From: Cenarchaeum sp.
GTDB lineage: Archaea > Thermoproteota > Nitrososphaeria > Nitrososphaerales > Nitrosopumilaceae
Direction of reading: 5' to 3'
Length of the DNA: 64,000 nucleotides
Assembly: GCA_965242695.1 (NCBI GenBank)
Contig: CBDESU010000001.1
Coordinates: 2,016,001-2,080,000, forward strand
Position 1 is the first letter of the stretch; each line of letters begins with the position of its first letter. Shown piece by piece: positions 19,495 to 29,840 of the stretch. A program made the translations under genes and the position numbers. The notes beneath the pieces are model-generated. The model was not told the origin of the DNA. It ran no database searches and worked only from the letters and a program-made list of their open reading frames with translations.

Positions 19495-20595
19495 ATGGGG
19501 CTTAGGCGCAGGCAGGCGGCGATGGCCGCGGCCGGCATGGCGGCCGTCGCGGCCGCGGCGGCGGCCGCAGTGGCCGACCCGTCCCCGGGCGCGTCCGCCT
19601 CGGGCGGGGAGCGCGTCTTCGTCACGCACACGGGCGCCGTCGTGCGCACCACCGGCGAGGTGCTCGACCCCGTGTACGCCGGGCAGGCCGTAGAGTTCGA
19701 CCCCCTCGAGTACCTCCGCTCGTTCGAGTACGGGAGGACGACAGAGCTGGCAGACGGGACGCTCCTGCGCGAGTACACGATAGTTGCCGACGACCACCGG
19801 GTCATGGAGGTCGCGCCCGGCGTGTTCTACAACGTGTGGACGTTCAACGGGACCGTTCCCGGCCCGACCATACGCGCCACCGAGGGCGACCTGGTCCGCA
19901 TCCACTTCTTCAACAACGGGTCAAAGCCGCACACGATGCACTTTCACGGCATACACGAGGCCCGATTCGACGGCGTCTTCGAGACCGTCGGGCCCGGCGG
20001 GAGGTTCACGTACGAGTGGCGCGCCGAGCCGGTCGGCGTCCACCCGTACCACTGCCATATAATGCCGCTCGAGGAGCACATAGCGCACGGCCTGTACGGC
20101 GTGTACATCGTCGACCCCGCAGGCGGCAGGCCGCCGGCCGACGAGATGGTCATGGTCCTCAACGGGCTCGACACCGACTTTGACGGCGAGAACAACTTTT
20201 ACGCGGCCAACACGGTCCCGTTCTACTACCAGCACCACCCCATACGGATAGGCGTCGGCGAGCCCGTCCGCGTGTACGTCGTGAACATGGTAGAGTTCGA
20301 CCCGATCAACAACTTCCACCTACACGGCAACCTGTACCACTACTACCCGACGGGGACGGACACCGTCCCGTCGTTCTACACGGACATGGTGACGCTCTCG
20401 CAGACCGAGCGGGGCATAATGGAGTTCACCTACGACTATCCTGGGCGGTACCTGTTCCACGCCCACAAGGTAGAGTTCTCCGAAAAGGGGTGGACGGGGC
20501 TGTTCCTGGTCGGCGGCGAGGAGGGCGCGGGGGAAGAGTACGGAGGAGGCGCGGCGGCCGGGGCGGCCGGGGCGGCGGGGCAGGGCTATGGCTGA
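19495..20595 (+). CDS. Two-domain multicopper oxidase
   Basis: WTFNGTVPGPTIRATEGD, HTMHFHG, YHCH...HIAHGLYG, FHLHG, FHAH. Confidence 0.92.
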   Translation: MGLRRRQAAMAAAGMAAVAAAAAAAVADPSPGASASGGERVFVTHTGAVVRTTGEVLDPVYAGQAVEFDPLEYLRSFEYGRTTELADGTLLREYTIVADDHRVMEVAPGVFYNVWTFNGTVPGPTIRATEGDLVRIHFFNNGSKPHTMHFHGIHEARFDGVFETVGPGGRFTYEWRAEPVGVHPYHCHIMPLEEHIAHGLYGVYIVDPAGGRPPADEMVMVLNGLDTDFDGENNFYAANTVPFYYQHHPIRIGVGEPVRVYVVNMVEFDPINNFHLHGNLYHYYPTGTDTVPSFYTDMVTLSQTERGIMEFTYDYPGRYLFHAHKVEFSEKGWTGLFLVGGEEGAGEEYGGGAAAGAAGAAGQGYG

Positions 20596-21943
20596 GGCGC
20601 GCGGGGCCGGCCGGGGCGGCGGGGCAGGCGGGCGCAGGCGGGCCGCTGCCGCAGCGGCCGGAGGCCTCGCCCCGCTTGCGGCAGTCGCGCTCATGGCGGC
20701 GTACATGCTCGGGCCGGCCACCGACGCGCTCGACCTCGGCACGGCCCTGCCCGAGCTGTCGATCGAGGAGGTCGGCTTTGCCGACGGCGAGATACGCGCC
20801 ACCGTGCGCAACACCGGCCCGATCCCCGTGTCGGTGGCAGTGGCCGACGTCAACGACAGGATCCACCCGGCGGCGATCGAGCCGGACCGGAGCCTCGAGA
20901 GGCTAGAGACGGCCGTCGTCCGCATACCCTTCGACTGGAACGCGGGCGAGCCGTACAGGATCGGCGTTACGGTCGACGACGGCACGCGCTTCGAGAGGGC
21001 CGTGGAGGCGGCGTCTGCGCTGCCCGAGCCCACGGCCGACCTGTTCGCAGTGTTTGCGCTAGTCGGCACGTACGTCGGGGTCGTCCCCGTGCTCGTCGGC
21101 ATGCTGTGGCTGCCGTTCATGGCGCGCATGCGCGGCGGCGCGTACGCGTTCATCCTCGCATTCACGGCCGGGCTGCTGCTGTTCCTCGGGATCGACGCGG
21201 CCGAGGAGGCGGCGGCCATATCCGCCGAGAGCCTCGCCGGCGGCCTCAACGGGCTGCCGCTGATCGCTACCGTGTCGGCCGCCTCGTTCCTTGCGCTGCA
21301 CGTGGCATCCGGCCGCCTGTCCGCGCGCGGGGAAGAGGCCGCGCCGGCGGCGGGGGCCGGGCGCGAGGCCGCGGGAGGATCGGCCGCCCACGGCCCGGCG
21401 GCAGGGCCGAGGGGCGAGGCGGCGCGGCCGATGGCGATCGCCCTCATGATCGCCGTCGGCGTCGGGCTGCACAACCTCGGCGAGGGGCTTGCGATCGGCG
21501 CGGCCGTCGTCCTCGGCCAGGCGGCCCTCGGCGCGTTCCTCATAGTCGGCTTTGCCCTGCACAACACGACCGAGGGCGTGGCGATTGCCGCGCCCGTCGC
21601 AAGGGCCGCAGGGAGGGGCCGCGGTTCGGCCGGCTGGGCGGACATGGGAGGCATCCGCGCCGCCGCGCGCCTCGTCCCGCGCCTTGCCGCCCTCGGCGCG
21701 ATAGCCGGCGTGCCGGCGATCTTTGGGGCGTGGATCGGCGGGTTTGCGTACTCGCCGGTCTCTGCAATCGTGTTCCTGTCCGTCGGGATCGGCGCGATAT
21801 TCCAGGTCGCGTACGCCGTCCTTGCGTGGTCCAGGTCGATGGGGGCGGAAAGGGGGGGCGCCTACGCGTTCCCTAGCGCCCCGGCGGCAGCCGGCATAGC
21901 CCTCGGCATGGCCGTCATGTACCTGACGAGCGTGCTCGTCTAG
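20588..21943 (+). CDS. ZIP family metal transporter
   Basis: GLHNLGEGLAIG and LHNTTEG ZIP motifs; coupled to the multicopper oxidase. Confidence 0.9.
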   Translation: MAEARGAGRGGGAGGRRRAAAAAAGGLAPLAAVALMAAYMLGPATDALDLGTALPELSIEEVGFADGEIRATVRNTGPIPVSVAVADVNDRIHPAAIEPDRSLERLETAVVRIPFDWNAGEPYRIGVTVDDGTRFERAVEAASALPEPTADLFAVFALVGTYVGVVPVLVGMLWLPFMARMRGGAYAFILAFTAGLLLFLGIDAAEEAAAISAESLAGGLNGLPLIATVSAASFLALHVASGRLSARGEEAAPAAGAGREAAGGSAAHGPAAGPRGEAARPMAIALMIAVGVGLHNLGEGLAIGAAVVLGQAALGAFLIVGFALHNTTEGVAIAAPVARAAGRGRGSAGWADMGGIRAAARLVPRLAALGAIAGVPAIFGAWIGGFAYSPVSAIVFLSVGIGAIFQVAYAVLAWSRSMGAERGGAYAFPSAPAAAGIALGMAVMYLTSVLV

Positions 21944-21948
21944 CGCCG

Positions 21949-23427
21949 TCAGGCGGGCTCGGGGTGGACCGTGACAAGGGCGCCGGCGAACCTGGCCCTG
22001 ATGGCGCGCTCGATCTCGGCCGTCATGTCGTGCACGTCGCGCACCGGCAGCGAGCCGTCGAACGCGCAGTCGACGTCGACCTTCAGCACGTCCTTGAGCG
22101 CAAACGATGCGATGCGGCCGACGCGGGCGACGCCGGGGTGCGCGCCGACGATGGCGCGCAGCTCGCCGTCCCTGCCGCGCGCGGCGCCCCCCTCGCCGCC
22201 GCCCCTTCCGGCATCCCCCGGCCCCTCGTCGGCCTCGGCCTGGACCTCGACGCGCGGCTCGATGTGCACCGTGGCATGCTCGGTGTCGGGGAACTCGGCG
22301 ACGATTGCATCCTCTATGGCATCGGATATCGCGTGCGCATCGGAGAGGGGCATCGCCCCGTCGACCATCGCATGGAGGCTAGAGTACGAGCGCCCGCCGA
22401 ACGAGTGCGTGCTGACGTTGTGCACGTCGCGCACGCCGCCGACCGACGAGGCGATCTCGTATATCCTGGCGTCGCGCGGAACCACCTCCCACGCCGGCTC
22501 GAAGTGGACGGTCGTCTCGGCGTTGTGCACGGCCCCCGATATGCTAGACTCGACTGCGTCGCTTATCGCGTGGGCCCTCTCAAAGCTGGCATCGCCGCGC
22601 AGCCTGACCGTGACGTCGGCGAACACGGCGTCCCCCGACGTGCGGACCATGACGGCGCCCGTGCCGACCACGCCCGGCGTCGATGCGGCGGCCCTCCGCA
22701 CGGCAGAGACGGTCTCTGGCGAGACCGTGTCGGCAAGGTCGGCGGCCGACCCGTGCACAAGCCGTATGCTGAGGGCGGCAAGGAGGGCTCCGAGGACGAG
22801 CGCGGCGGCAAAGTCGCCGTTCGCCACCCCGAGGGCCGACAGGGCCACGCCGGCCATGGCAAGGCCCGTCGAGCCGGCGTCCATTGTTGCGTGGTACAGC
22901 TCGGCCCTAAGGGCCCTTCCGCCGGCCCTGCGAACGGCCCTGCCCACGATCGCGATGCGAAACGCGGCGACGGCCATTGCGTAGGCGCCTGCCGCAAGGA
23001 GGGGCGCGGCGGCCTCTGCCGTCGTGGACGCGGCCGGATCGGCCGCGACAAGCCTCGCGGACGCCGCGTACACAAGGTAGGCGGCGACGAGGAGCATCGC
23101 CATGCCGCCGAGCAGCCCGCCGAGCGACTCGATCTTGCCGTGGCCGTACGTGTGCCTGGCGTCCGGCGGCCTAGAGGCCATGCGGACCGACACGAGCAGG
23201 ACGGCGACCACGACGCAGTCGAGCAGGGCATGCGCGCCGTCCGTCACGATGGCCAGGCTTCCGTACGCCATGCCGATGGCCGTCTCGACCGCAAAGGCCG
23301 AGGCAATGGCGATCAGCGACATGCGCAGGACGGACGTGCGGCGCGCAAACTGGGGGAGGGCGGCGGCGCGGCCGTGGGCTGCCCCAGGGCCCTGCGAGGC
23401 AGGCGCAGGTGCCTTGCCACCCGCCAT
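21949..23427 (-). CDS. Cation diffusion facilitator transporter with repeated ZT-dimer domains
   Basis: SLAIVTDGAHALLD, PPDARHTYGHGKIESL; three C-terminal VH.EP domains; AATATA box about 24 nt before the ATG. Confidence 0.9.
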   Translation of the reverse strand: MAGGKAPAPASQGPGAAHGRAAALPQFARRTSVLRMSLIAIASAFAVETAIGMAYGSLAIVTDGAHALLDCVVVAVLLVSVRMASRPPDARHTYGHGKIESLGGLLGGMAMLLVAAYLVYAASARLVAADPAASTTAEAAAPLLAAGAYAMAVAAFRIAIVGRAVRRAGGRALRAELYHATMDAGSTGLAMAGVALSALGVANGDFAAALVLGALLAALSIRLVHGSAADLADTVSPETVSAVRRAAASTPGVVGTGAVMVRTSGDAVFADVTVRLRGDASFERAHAISDAVESSISGAVHNAETTVHFEPAWEVVPRDARIYEIASSVGGVRDVHNVSTHSFGGRSYSSLHAMVDGAMPLSDAHAISDAIEDAIVAEFPDTEHATVHIEPRVEVQAEADEGPGDAGRGGGEGGAARGRDGELRAIVGAHPGVARVGRIASFALKDVLKVDVDCAFDGSLPVRDVHDMTAEIERAIRARFAGALVTVHPEPA

Positions 23428-23599
23428 GCGTTGCGGCCGCGCCGATCGTATATTGGTCTTGCACGGGCCACCGGCGGGGCCGGGGCCCGAGTGCGGCGGC
23501 CTGCGGGCGCCCGGATCGGACGGAATGCGAAGCCCGCCGCATCCGCTCTGCGCGCTTTGCATGCCCGCCGGCGCCCCTCGCGCCGCAGGCGCCCGCGCC

Positions 23600-24404
23600 C
23601 CGCGTCCCCGGTGCGGCGCTATTCCGGAGATGGGGGAAGCCGGCGACACAGCCCTGCGTATCAGCCCAAGCTTGGCGGCCAGGCCGTCCGAGTGCACGCA
23701 CTCCACGCCCCACTCGCCGAGCAGCCCGATGATCCGGCGCGCGCGCGGCCCGACTCTGCCTGCCTCGGGCTCGGACTGCGCAGTGCACGCGGAAAACTCG
23801 ACCGTCGAACCTGCCAGCTCCCTGGCCGCGCGCACCTTGCCGAGCGCCATCCCGGCCGCAGTGTGCGAGCCGCGCGCGGCAAGCGAGAGCGCAAAAAGCG
23901 CGTAGCGCGGCTCGGTTCCCGCAAGGAACACGTTCGGGAGGCGCACGGCGGGGCCTCCCATATCCAGGTCGTACGCCCTCCTGTAGCAGCCCGGCGGGAA
24001 CCCCGCCCTTGCAATCTCCCTTCCAAGCAGCGCGCCGGCATCCCCGCCGCCCGAGTCCGGCACGCCCACCTGCATGTTGTACACCCACTCGAGCGCCGCC
24101 TCGTGAGTCTCAAATCTCACCAGGTTCCGGGGCCGCGTCACCACCAGGCGGTCCAGCACCTGCCCTTCCGCCAGGTTCTTCAGGTAGCCGCCTCCACGTG
24201 GAACGGCCCCTGCACGGCCTGCTCGTCCCTGCCCGGGACGTACGCATAGCCCGTCCGGCGGCGCACCTCTTCCCAGTTGTCAGCAACCTTGCGGTACGCC
24301 GTGTTGGTGTCGGGATCGTACAGGATTACCCCTATGTTGACAGGATCGGGATGCGCGGGGCCGTGGGGCGCCACAGTAATCGTCGAAAATTGGCAGTCCG
24401 GCAT
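23600..24404 (-). pseudogene. DUF3037-like protein, frameshifted near 24190; 3' end unclear
   Basis: MPDCQFSTITVAP...PVNIGVILYD resembles the DUF3037 N-terminus; one extra G in GTGGAGGCGGC would join it to the 24159 frame. Confidence 0.55.
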
Positions 24405-24444
24405 CGTCAATCCACCCGCAGGGCGCGACGCACCCAAGCTGCAC

Positions 24445-24563
24445 CCGCAGGCCTGCCGCCCGCGAGGCAGGGCACGGCATTCCGCAGGCCTGCCGCCCGC
24501 GAGGCAGGGCACGGCATTCCGCAGGCCTGCCGCCCGCGAGGCAGGGCACGGCATTCCGCAGGC
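24445..24563. repeat. 37-bp perfect tandem repeat, ~3.2 copies (CCGCAGGCCTGCCGCCCGCGAGGCAGGGCACGGCATT)
   Basis: Units start at 24445, 24482, 24519, 24556; internal CCTGCC...GGCAGG hairpin. Confidence 0.92.
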
Positions 24564-24608
24564 GCTCCATGCCGCGCCACCTTCCATGCAGCCGCGGCCC
24601 GAGCCGCC

Positions 24609-27600
24609 CTACTGCCCCGGCGCCCCGCACGAGGCGGTGTACGTGACGGTCTGCGCGGCCTGGCCGGCGTCGGCCTGCCGCAGCGTCGCCGGCACCTCGA
24701 GGCGGAACATCGCCTCTGTCGGCCCCTCGCCCGGCTCGGCGCTGAACGGGGAGCCGAGCGGCGTCCAATCACCTTCGCCCCCGATCATGATGCTCGTCGC
24801 GCCGGCGGGCAGCACCTCGCGCCCATCCGTGCCAGCCCATCCCGACGCCTCGATCGTCAGCCCGTCGAGCGGCAGCGTGCCGACGTTCCGCACCGCCTGC
24901 ATCGCGGGGCCCGACCGCCCGCCCGCGCCGACGTCGCCGAACGCAAGCTCGCCCGATGCGAGCGAGATGCCGCATACGGGATCCAGCCCCGCTCGGTCCC
25001 CCGTGTCCGTCCACGCCCCCGTCCCCGGCGCCGTCCGCCATATTGCGACGCGGTTGGGCGATATGCGGTCGCCGTTGGCGTCGAGGCGCAGGTCGCCTCC
25101 GAGCAGCCCGTCGAGCGCCTCGGCGGCCGCGTGCATCTCGGCCGCCACGCCGGCGCCCGTGTGCGAGCCGCCCGCATCCATCGAGCGGTTGACCGCGCCG
25201 GCGAGTAGGTACACAGAGTCGTACGCAGAGTACGCATAGTGCTGCGGCTCGACGCCCCCGCCCGCCGCGGCAAGGGCGCGGTGGACGCGCTCGAACTTTG
25301 GCGTCTGAGGCAGGTCCCACGATATGCTGTAGAACTGCGCGGCCTGCGCGAGGCGCAGCGTCTCGGGGTCCTCGATCGGCTGCGGCGGGAAGAGGTGGCC
25401 CGGCTCGAACCACTTTGCCTGCCGGAGCAGGGGGTACTCTACGGCGTAGTGTGCGATGTCGTGCAGCTCTTGGCTGAACGAGACGACGAGCAGCCCGATG
25501 TCGGACGGATCCGTCCCCGATGCCGCCGCCGCCGCGACGCGGGAGTTGATCTCGGCGACCGTCCCCGACTGGTTCTGGTTCGGGTGTGGTATGTGGACGG
25601 TGTCGAGGACGGCCATGCCGAGCGTTTCGGACTCGCGCCGCACCTCTTCCTCGTAGCTCGTCCCGTACGCGGTGATCACGACCGGAACGACCGTGCCGAT
25701 CCCCTCGCGGTGCGCGGCGATCGCGAGCTGGTCGGCCTCGTACCTGTCGTTGATCGAGAGGCGGAACAGGCCGTCGTCGCGCAGGTGCGACGGCGGCGAC
25801 GTAGACTGCGACGTGGGGCTGACCATGACCGTGCGAGAGTCCTCGGTAAAGTTCGCAAGCGCGGCGGCGACCGAGCTGAACGTGGGGCCGAGGTACGCGA
25901 CGATCCCGGCGCCCCCGCCGTACGCGGCCGCGAGCCCGTCGGCCGGCGAGGCGAACGTGAGGTTCACCTGCTCTAGGCGCACCCGGAGGGGCGAGCCGTC
26001 GGCGGCCATCTCTGCGTTGTAGTCGCGCACTGCAATCTCGTACGCCGCGTGGACCTCGCCGTTTATGCGCGGCGCGAGCGCGTCGGCCTCTGGCAGGTAC
26101 AGCTCGCCGAGCACGATGCATGTGGTGCCCGCATCGCCGCACCCGGCCGCGCCGGGCGGCTCGACCACGGGCGCCGCCCTCGTCTCGCCCGTGTCAGTCC
26201 ACGCGCCGTCGACTACCCGCCACACCGCAAACCTGTCGGGGACGAGCAGGTCGCCGTTGGCGTCGAGCTCGACGTCTCCGAGCACGCCCTCGTACGCCTT
26301 GGCGGCTATCGGTATGGACAGCCCGACGCTCGCCTGCGTGTGCTCGCGCCCCGCCGCGTCGTTGAGCTCCAGCGCCCCGCCTAGCACGTGCAGCGTGTCG
26401 TACGCGGCGTACTCGTAGAACGACAGGCCGGGCACGGCCGCGTCGAGGGCGGCCCGGGCAGCGCCGTCCCCGACGTCTATTGCGATCCCCGTCATTTGGG
26501 CAGCCGTCGCAAAGGCGCGCCCCGCATCGTCTGGTATCCTGGGGCCCTGCGATATGCCGCTAGGCGTCACAAACCACTGCACGCCGTCCGTCAGCGCCGT
26601 CCCGTTTGCCGCCTGCCAGGCGGCCGCAAGCGAGTTCTGGTCGTTCTCGACTCCTACGAACGCGACGCCGACCGTCGGCGCATCGCCGCGCGAGGAGGCC
26701 TCTGATATCGCCGACGAGGCGGCGGCCACGGCGGACGGCCAGTCGGCCTCCCCGCCGGCGGCGAACCTCACCGATGCGGCCACGTCCGCGCCGCGCGCCT
26801 CCAGTGCGCCGGCGATGCTCGCGTTCAGGTCGCGCCCCCACTCGTCGTCGCGCACGAGCAGGACGGCGGACTCGATGCCGGCATCGGCCATCACATTCCC
26901 GATGAGGGCCCCCTGCCGCGCGCTGCTTATTGTCATGCGGAACACGCTGTCGCCGGCGACGGCGAGCGACTGCGCCTCCGAGCCTGGGCTGAACAGGACG
27001 ACGCCGTGCGCGTTGGCCGGCCCCTCTACCCTTGCAAGGTTCGAGCTCAGTGTGGGCCCGATGTAGATGAACGGGCCTACGCCGCCGCCGTGCGCGCCGC
27101 TGAGCACCGCAAGCGCGTCGCGGCCGGTAATGTTGTGCACCGCAAGGTTGACGAACACCCGCCTCGGCTCGGCGTTGTTGTAGTCTTCGACGGCCTGCCG
27201 CACGGCCCGCACGGTCAGGTCGTCCGGATAGTCCCTGTCCCCGAGTGCGGCGAGGACGCCGATGTCGACGACTGGGGTGAACTTGCGGATGCCGGTGTCC
27301 GTCCAGTTGCCGTCCCTTACGTACCATATGCCGAACCTGTCGGGCGTGAGCAGGTCGCCGTTGGCGTTGAGCGCAATGTCGCCGAGTATGCCGACGTGCT
27401 CCTCGGCGGCAACGGGGATTGCGGCCGAGAGGCCGGCCGCGTCGTTGGGAGTGCCGGCCTGCACGTTGGACCGTATTGCCTTGCCGAGGACGAACAATGT
27501 GTCGTACGCTGCAAACTCGTAGAGCCACGTGCTCGGGACGTTGCACTCAAAGTAGGCGCGCAGGTAGTTTCCCGCGACCGCATCCGCCTGCGAGCCGCAG

Positions 27601-29678
27601 TTGCGGCCGGCGGCCGAGAGGTGTTCCGGCAGGTTGTTGTTCCACACCACGTCGTTGTCGATGGCCGTCATGTTCCGAACGTCGCTTGCAAACGCGGCCG
27701 TGTCCGGATCCTGTATCGCCGGAAAGCCCACCGAGGATACTGTACTCGTCGTCACAAACCACTCTTCGCCGGTCAGCACGGCGCGGGCGGCGGGGTCCGC
27801 GGCCGCCGCGCCCGCAAGCCCGTCCAGGTCGTTGATGAGCCCGACAAACGCGACTAGCATGGTCGCATCGTTGCCGGCGACGGCCGCCGATGCCAGCTCT
27901 ACGACGCTCGTCCAGTTGGCCATGTTGTCGGGCGCGAACCGGACGGTGGCGGCGACGTCGACGCCGCGCGAGGCGAGCGTCTCGGACAGCGTGCGGTTCA
28001 GCGACAGGCCCCACTCGTCGTCGCGCAGCAGCACGACGACCGACTCCGTTCCCCTCTCGGCCATCGTCCGCCCCATGTAGGAGGCCTGCCGGTCGGTGCT
28101 GACGGCCATGCGGAAGATGTTGTCGCCCGGTATGGAGAGCGACTCCGCCTCCGACCCCGTGCTGAACAGGACGATCCCGTTGTCCTCGGCATAGTCCGCT
28201 ATGCTTGCAAGCCTAGAGCTGAGGCTAGGCCCCACGTACACGGTCGGGCCCTTGCCGCCGTCGTGGGCGGCGGCGAGCACGGCCGAGACGTTGCGGCCCG
28301 TAATGTTGTACGCGATCAGCTTTACCAGCGACTCGTCCTCGCCCTCGTTGTAGTCTGCCGCTGCAAGCCTCAGGCCGTCGAGCGTGAGATCGTCGGGCCA
28401 GTCCTGGTAGCCTAGGGCCATGAGTGCCCCGACCCTAGTCACAGGGGTCTCGCCGGTCCCGCCCTCGGCGAGCTCGCCCGTGGTCCGGTCCGCCCTCCAG
28501 ACGGTAAAGCCGTCGGGTGCGCGCAGGTCGCCGTTCTTGTCCAGTATGATGCCGCCGATCGCGCCCGTGTAGTTTAGGGCGGCGGCCGGCAGGGCCGCTG
28601 CCACAGACGCCGCATCGGCAGAGGGGCCGCCGGCGGCCGCTATTGCGCCGCCCAGCACGAATACAGAGTCGTAGGTAGAGTACTCGTAGAACGAGAGCGG
28701 ATCGGCGCTGCTCAGGTTCGAGTCGATCGCCCGCGTAAGGCCGCTCTCGGGCACGTTCTGCTCGAGTATTGTCAGCCCGACGGCGGCCGAAAAGTCGCGG
28801 ACGGGGCCGGCCGGAAGCTGCGACGAGGCGACAAGGGCGGTAGACGGCGCAAACCAGGACGTGCCATCCAGCACGGCAGAGCCGGCCGCAGCGGCGGCCA
28901 TGTTCGGATAGCTGCTCCCGTACCCCGCAAAGAACACGCCCGTGTCTGGCTCCGTCGCGCCGCCCTCGACCTGCCGGGCAATGCCCTGCCAGTAGTCAGG
29001 ATCGGTGCTGTCGCTGAACAGCACGGTTGCCGCGACGTCGATTCCCCTCTCGGCTGCGCTTGCGTTGACGAACTCGGCAAGCTGCCTGCCCCACTCGTCG
29101 TCGCGCGCGACGACGACTAGCGAGGATATCCCGGCAGACTCCATCTCGTCGACCAGTATGGCCCCCTGCCGCTCTACGTTGATGGCCAGGCGGAATATCC
29201 TGTCCCCCTCAATGGCCAGCTGCGGCGCCTCGGACGACGGGCTGACCAGGACCGTCCTGTTGAGGACGTCCATCGACGTCGCGTTGGCGCGTATGTTGGC
29301 AAGCCCCTGGCTGGTCGTCGGCCCGACGTAGAACAGGGGGCCGGTGCCGCCGTCGTACGCCCCGACGAGCCCCGCCGGCTCGCCGCCGCGCTCGATCGTC
29401 GTGACTTCGAGCGCCAGGTCGAACCCCGCGCTCTGCTCGTTGAAGCGGTCGACGGCGTACTCTAGTACGGCCGTGCGGTTGGTGTCGTCGAACTCTTGGC
29501 CAGGCCCGCTCATGAGGGCGCCGATGGCGACGGTCGGCTCGGCAGACTGCGCGTGGGCCGCATCCAAGCCCAGGGCGGCCGCTGCCGCCACTGCCAGCAC
29601 GGCCGCTGCCGCCAAGAGCGCGGCGCTCCCGCGTGCGGCAGGCGCCGTGCCGCCGCGCCTCCATACGCTTGGCTTCAC
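24609..29678 (-). CDS. Giant secreted protein (~1690 aa) with four tandem LivJ-type substrate-binding domains
   Basis: Signal peptide; four repeats of GPxxS / SPxS-A--L...FRL / RDDEWG / YDxxxVLxxA / LDxNGD; TTATAA box at 29701. Confidence 0.88.
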   Translation of the reverse strand: MKPSVWRRGGTAPAARGSAALLAAAAVLAVAAAAALGLDAAHAQSAEPTVAIGALMSGPGQEFDDTNRTAVLEYAVDRFNEQSAGFDLALEVTTIERGGEPAGLVGAYDGGTGPLFYVGPTTSQGLANIRANATSMDVLNRTVLVSPSSEAPQLAIEGDRIFRLAINVERQGAILVDEMESAGISSLVVVARDDEWGRQLAEFVNASAAERGIDVAATVLFSDSTDPDYWQGIARQVEGGATEPDTGVFFAGYGSSYPNMAAAAAGSAVLDGTSWFAPSTALVASSQLPAGPVRDFSAAVGLTILEQNVPESGLTRAIDSNLSSADPLSFYEYSTYDSVFVLGGAIAAAGGPSADAASVAAALPAAALNYTGAIGGIILDKNGDLRAPDGFTVWRADRTTGELAEGGTGETPVTRVGALMALGYQDWPDDLTLDGLRLAAADYNEGEDESLVKLIAYNITGRNVSAVLAAAHDGGKGPTVYVGPSLSSRLASIADYAEDNGIVLFSTGSEAESLSIPGDNIFRMAVSTDRQASYMGRTMAERGTESVVVLLRDDEWGLSLNRTLSETLASRGVDVAATVRFAPDNMANWTSVVELASAAVAGNDATMLVAFVGLINDLDGLAGAAAADPAARAVLTGEEWFVTTSTVSSVGFPAIQDPDTAAFASDVRNMTAIDNDVVWNNNLPEHLSAAGRNCGSQADAVAGNYLRAYFECNVPSTWLYEFAAYDTLFVLGKAIRSNVQAGTPNDAAGLSAAIPVAAEEHVGILGDIALNANGDLLTPDRFGIWYVRDGNWTDTGIRKFTPVVDIGVLAALGDRDYPDDLTVRAVRQAVEDYNNAEPRRVFVNLAVHNITGRDALAVLSGAHGGGVGPFIYIGPTLSSNLARVEGPANAHGVVLFSPGSEAQSLAVAGDSVFRMTISSARQGALIGNVMADAGIESAVLLVRDDEWGRDLNASIAGALEARGADVAASVRFAAGGEADWPSAVAAASSAISEASSRGDAPTVGVAFVGVENDQNSLAAAWQAANGTALTDGVQWFVTPSGISQGPRIPDDAGRAFATAAQMTGIAIDVGDGAARAALDAAVPGLSFYEYAAYDTLHVLGGALELNDAAGREHTQASVGLSIPIAAKAYEGVLGDVELDANGDLLVPDRFAVWRVVDGAWTDTGETRAAPVVEPPGAAGCGDAGTTCIVLGELYLPEADALAPRINGEVHAAYEIAVRDYNAEMAADGSPLRVRLEQVNLTFASPADGLAAAYGGGAGIVAYLGPTFSSVAAALANFTEDSRTVMVSPTSQSTSPPSHLRDDGLFRLSINDRYEADQLAIAAHREGIGTVVPVVITAYGTSYEEEVRRESETLGMAVLDTVHIPHPNQNQSGTVAEINSRVAAAAASGTDPSDIGLLVVSFSQELHDIAHYAVEYPLLRQAKWFEPGHLFPPQPIEDPETLRLAQAAQFYSISWDLPQTPKFERVHRALAAAGGGVEPQHYAYSAYDSVYLLAGAVNRSMDAGGSHTGAGVAAEMHAAAEALDGLLGGDLRLDANGDRISPNRVAIWRTAPGTGAWTDTGDRAGLDPVCGISLASGELAFGDVGAGGRSGPAMQAVRNVGTLPLDGLTIEASGWAGTDGREVLPAGATSIMIGGEGDWTPLGSPFSAEPGEGPTEAMFRLEVPATLRQADAGQAAQTVTYTASCGAPGQ

Positions 29679-29840
29679 GCGGCCGCGCCCGCAGGGTTCG
29701 TTATAAGCCTGCGGGGCAGCCGCCATCGGAGGACGGAGGCCGCCACAGCCATGCCGCCCGCCAAGAGGCCGCCTCCTGCCGCCACGGGGCGGCCCCCTAG
29801 CCAATATATAAATACGTGGCAGGGGCGGCGGGCAACAGCA

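Noticed and set aside
19495-23427. Multicopper oxidase-ZIP-CDF cluster as a novel system or NirK
   Set aside because: Multicopper oxidase + ZIP is a known metal-homeostasis arrangement in ammonia-oxidising archaea; the HCH/HLH/HAH motifs fit a two-domain oxidase.
21949-24159. 736-aa CDF fusion as a single real gene
   Set aside because: The CDF has its own TATA-like box and ATG at 23427; the upstream part belongs to the broken DUF3037-like gene.
24445-24563. 37-bp repeat as a CRISPR array
   Set aside because: Contiguous identical units without spacers.
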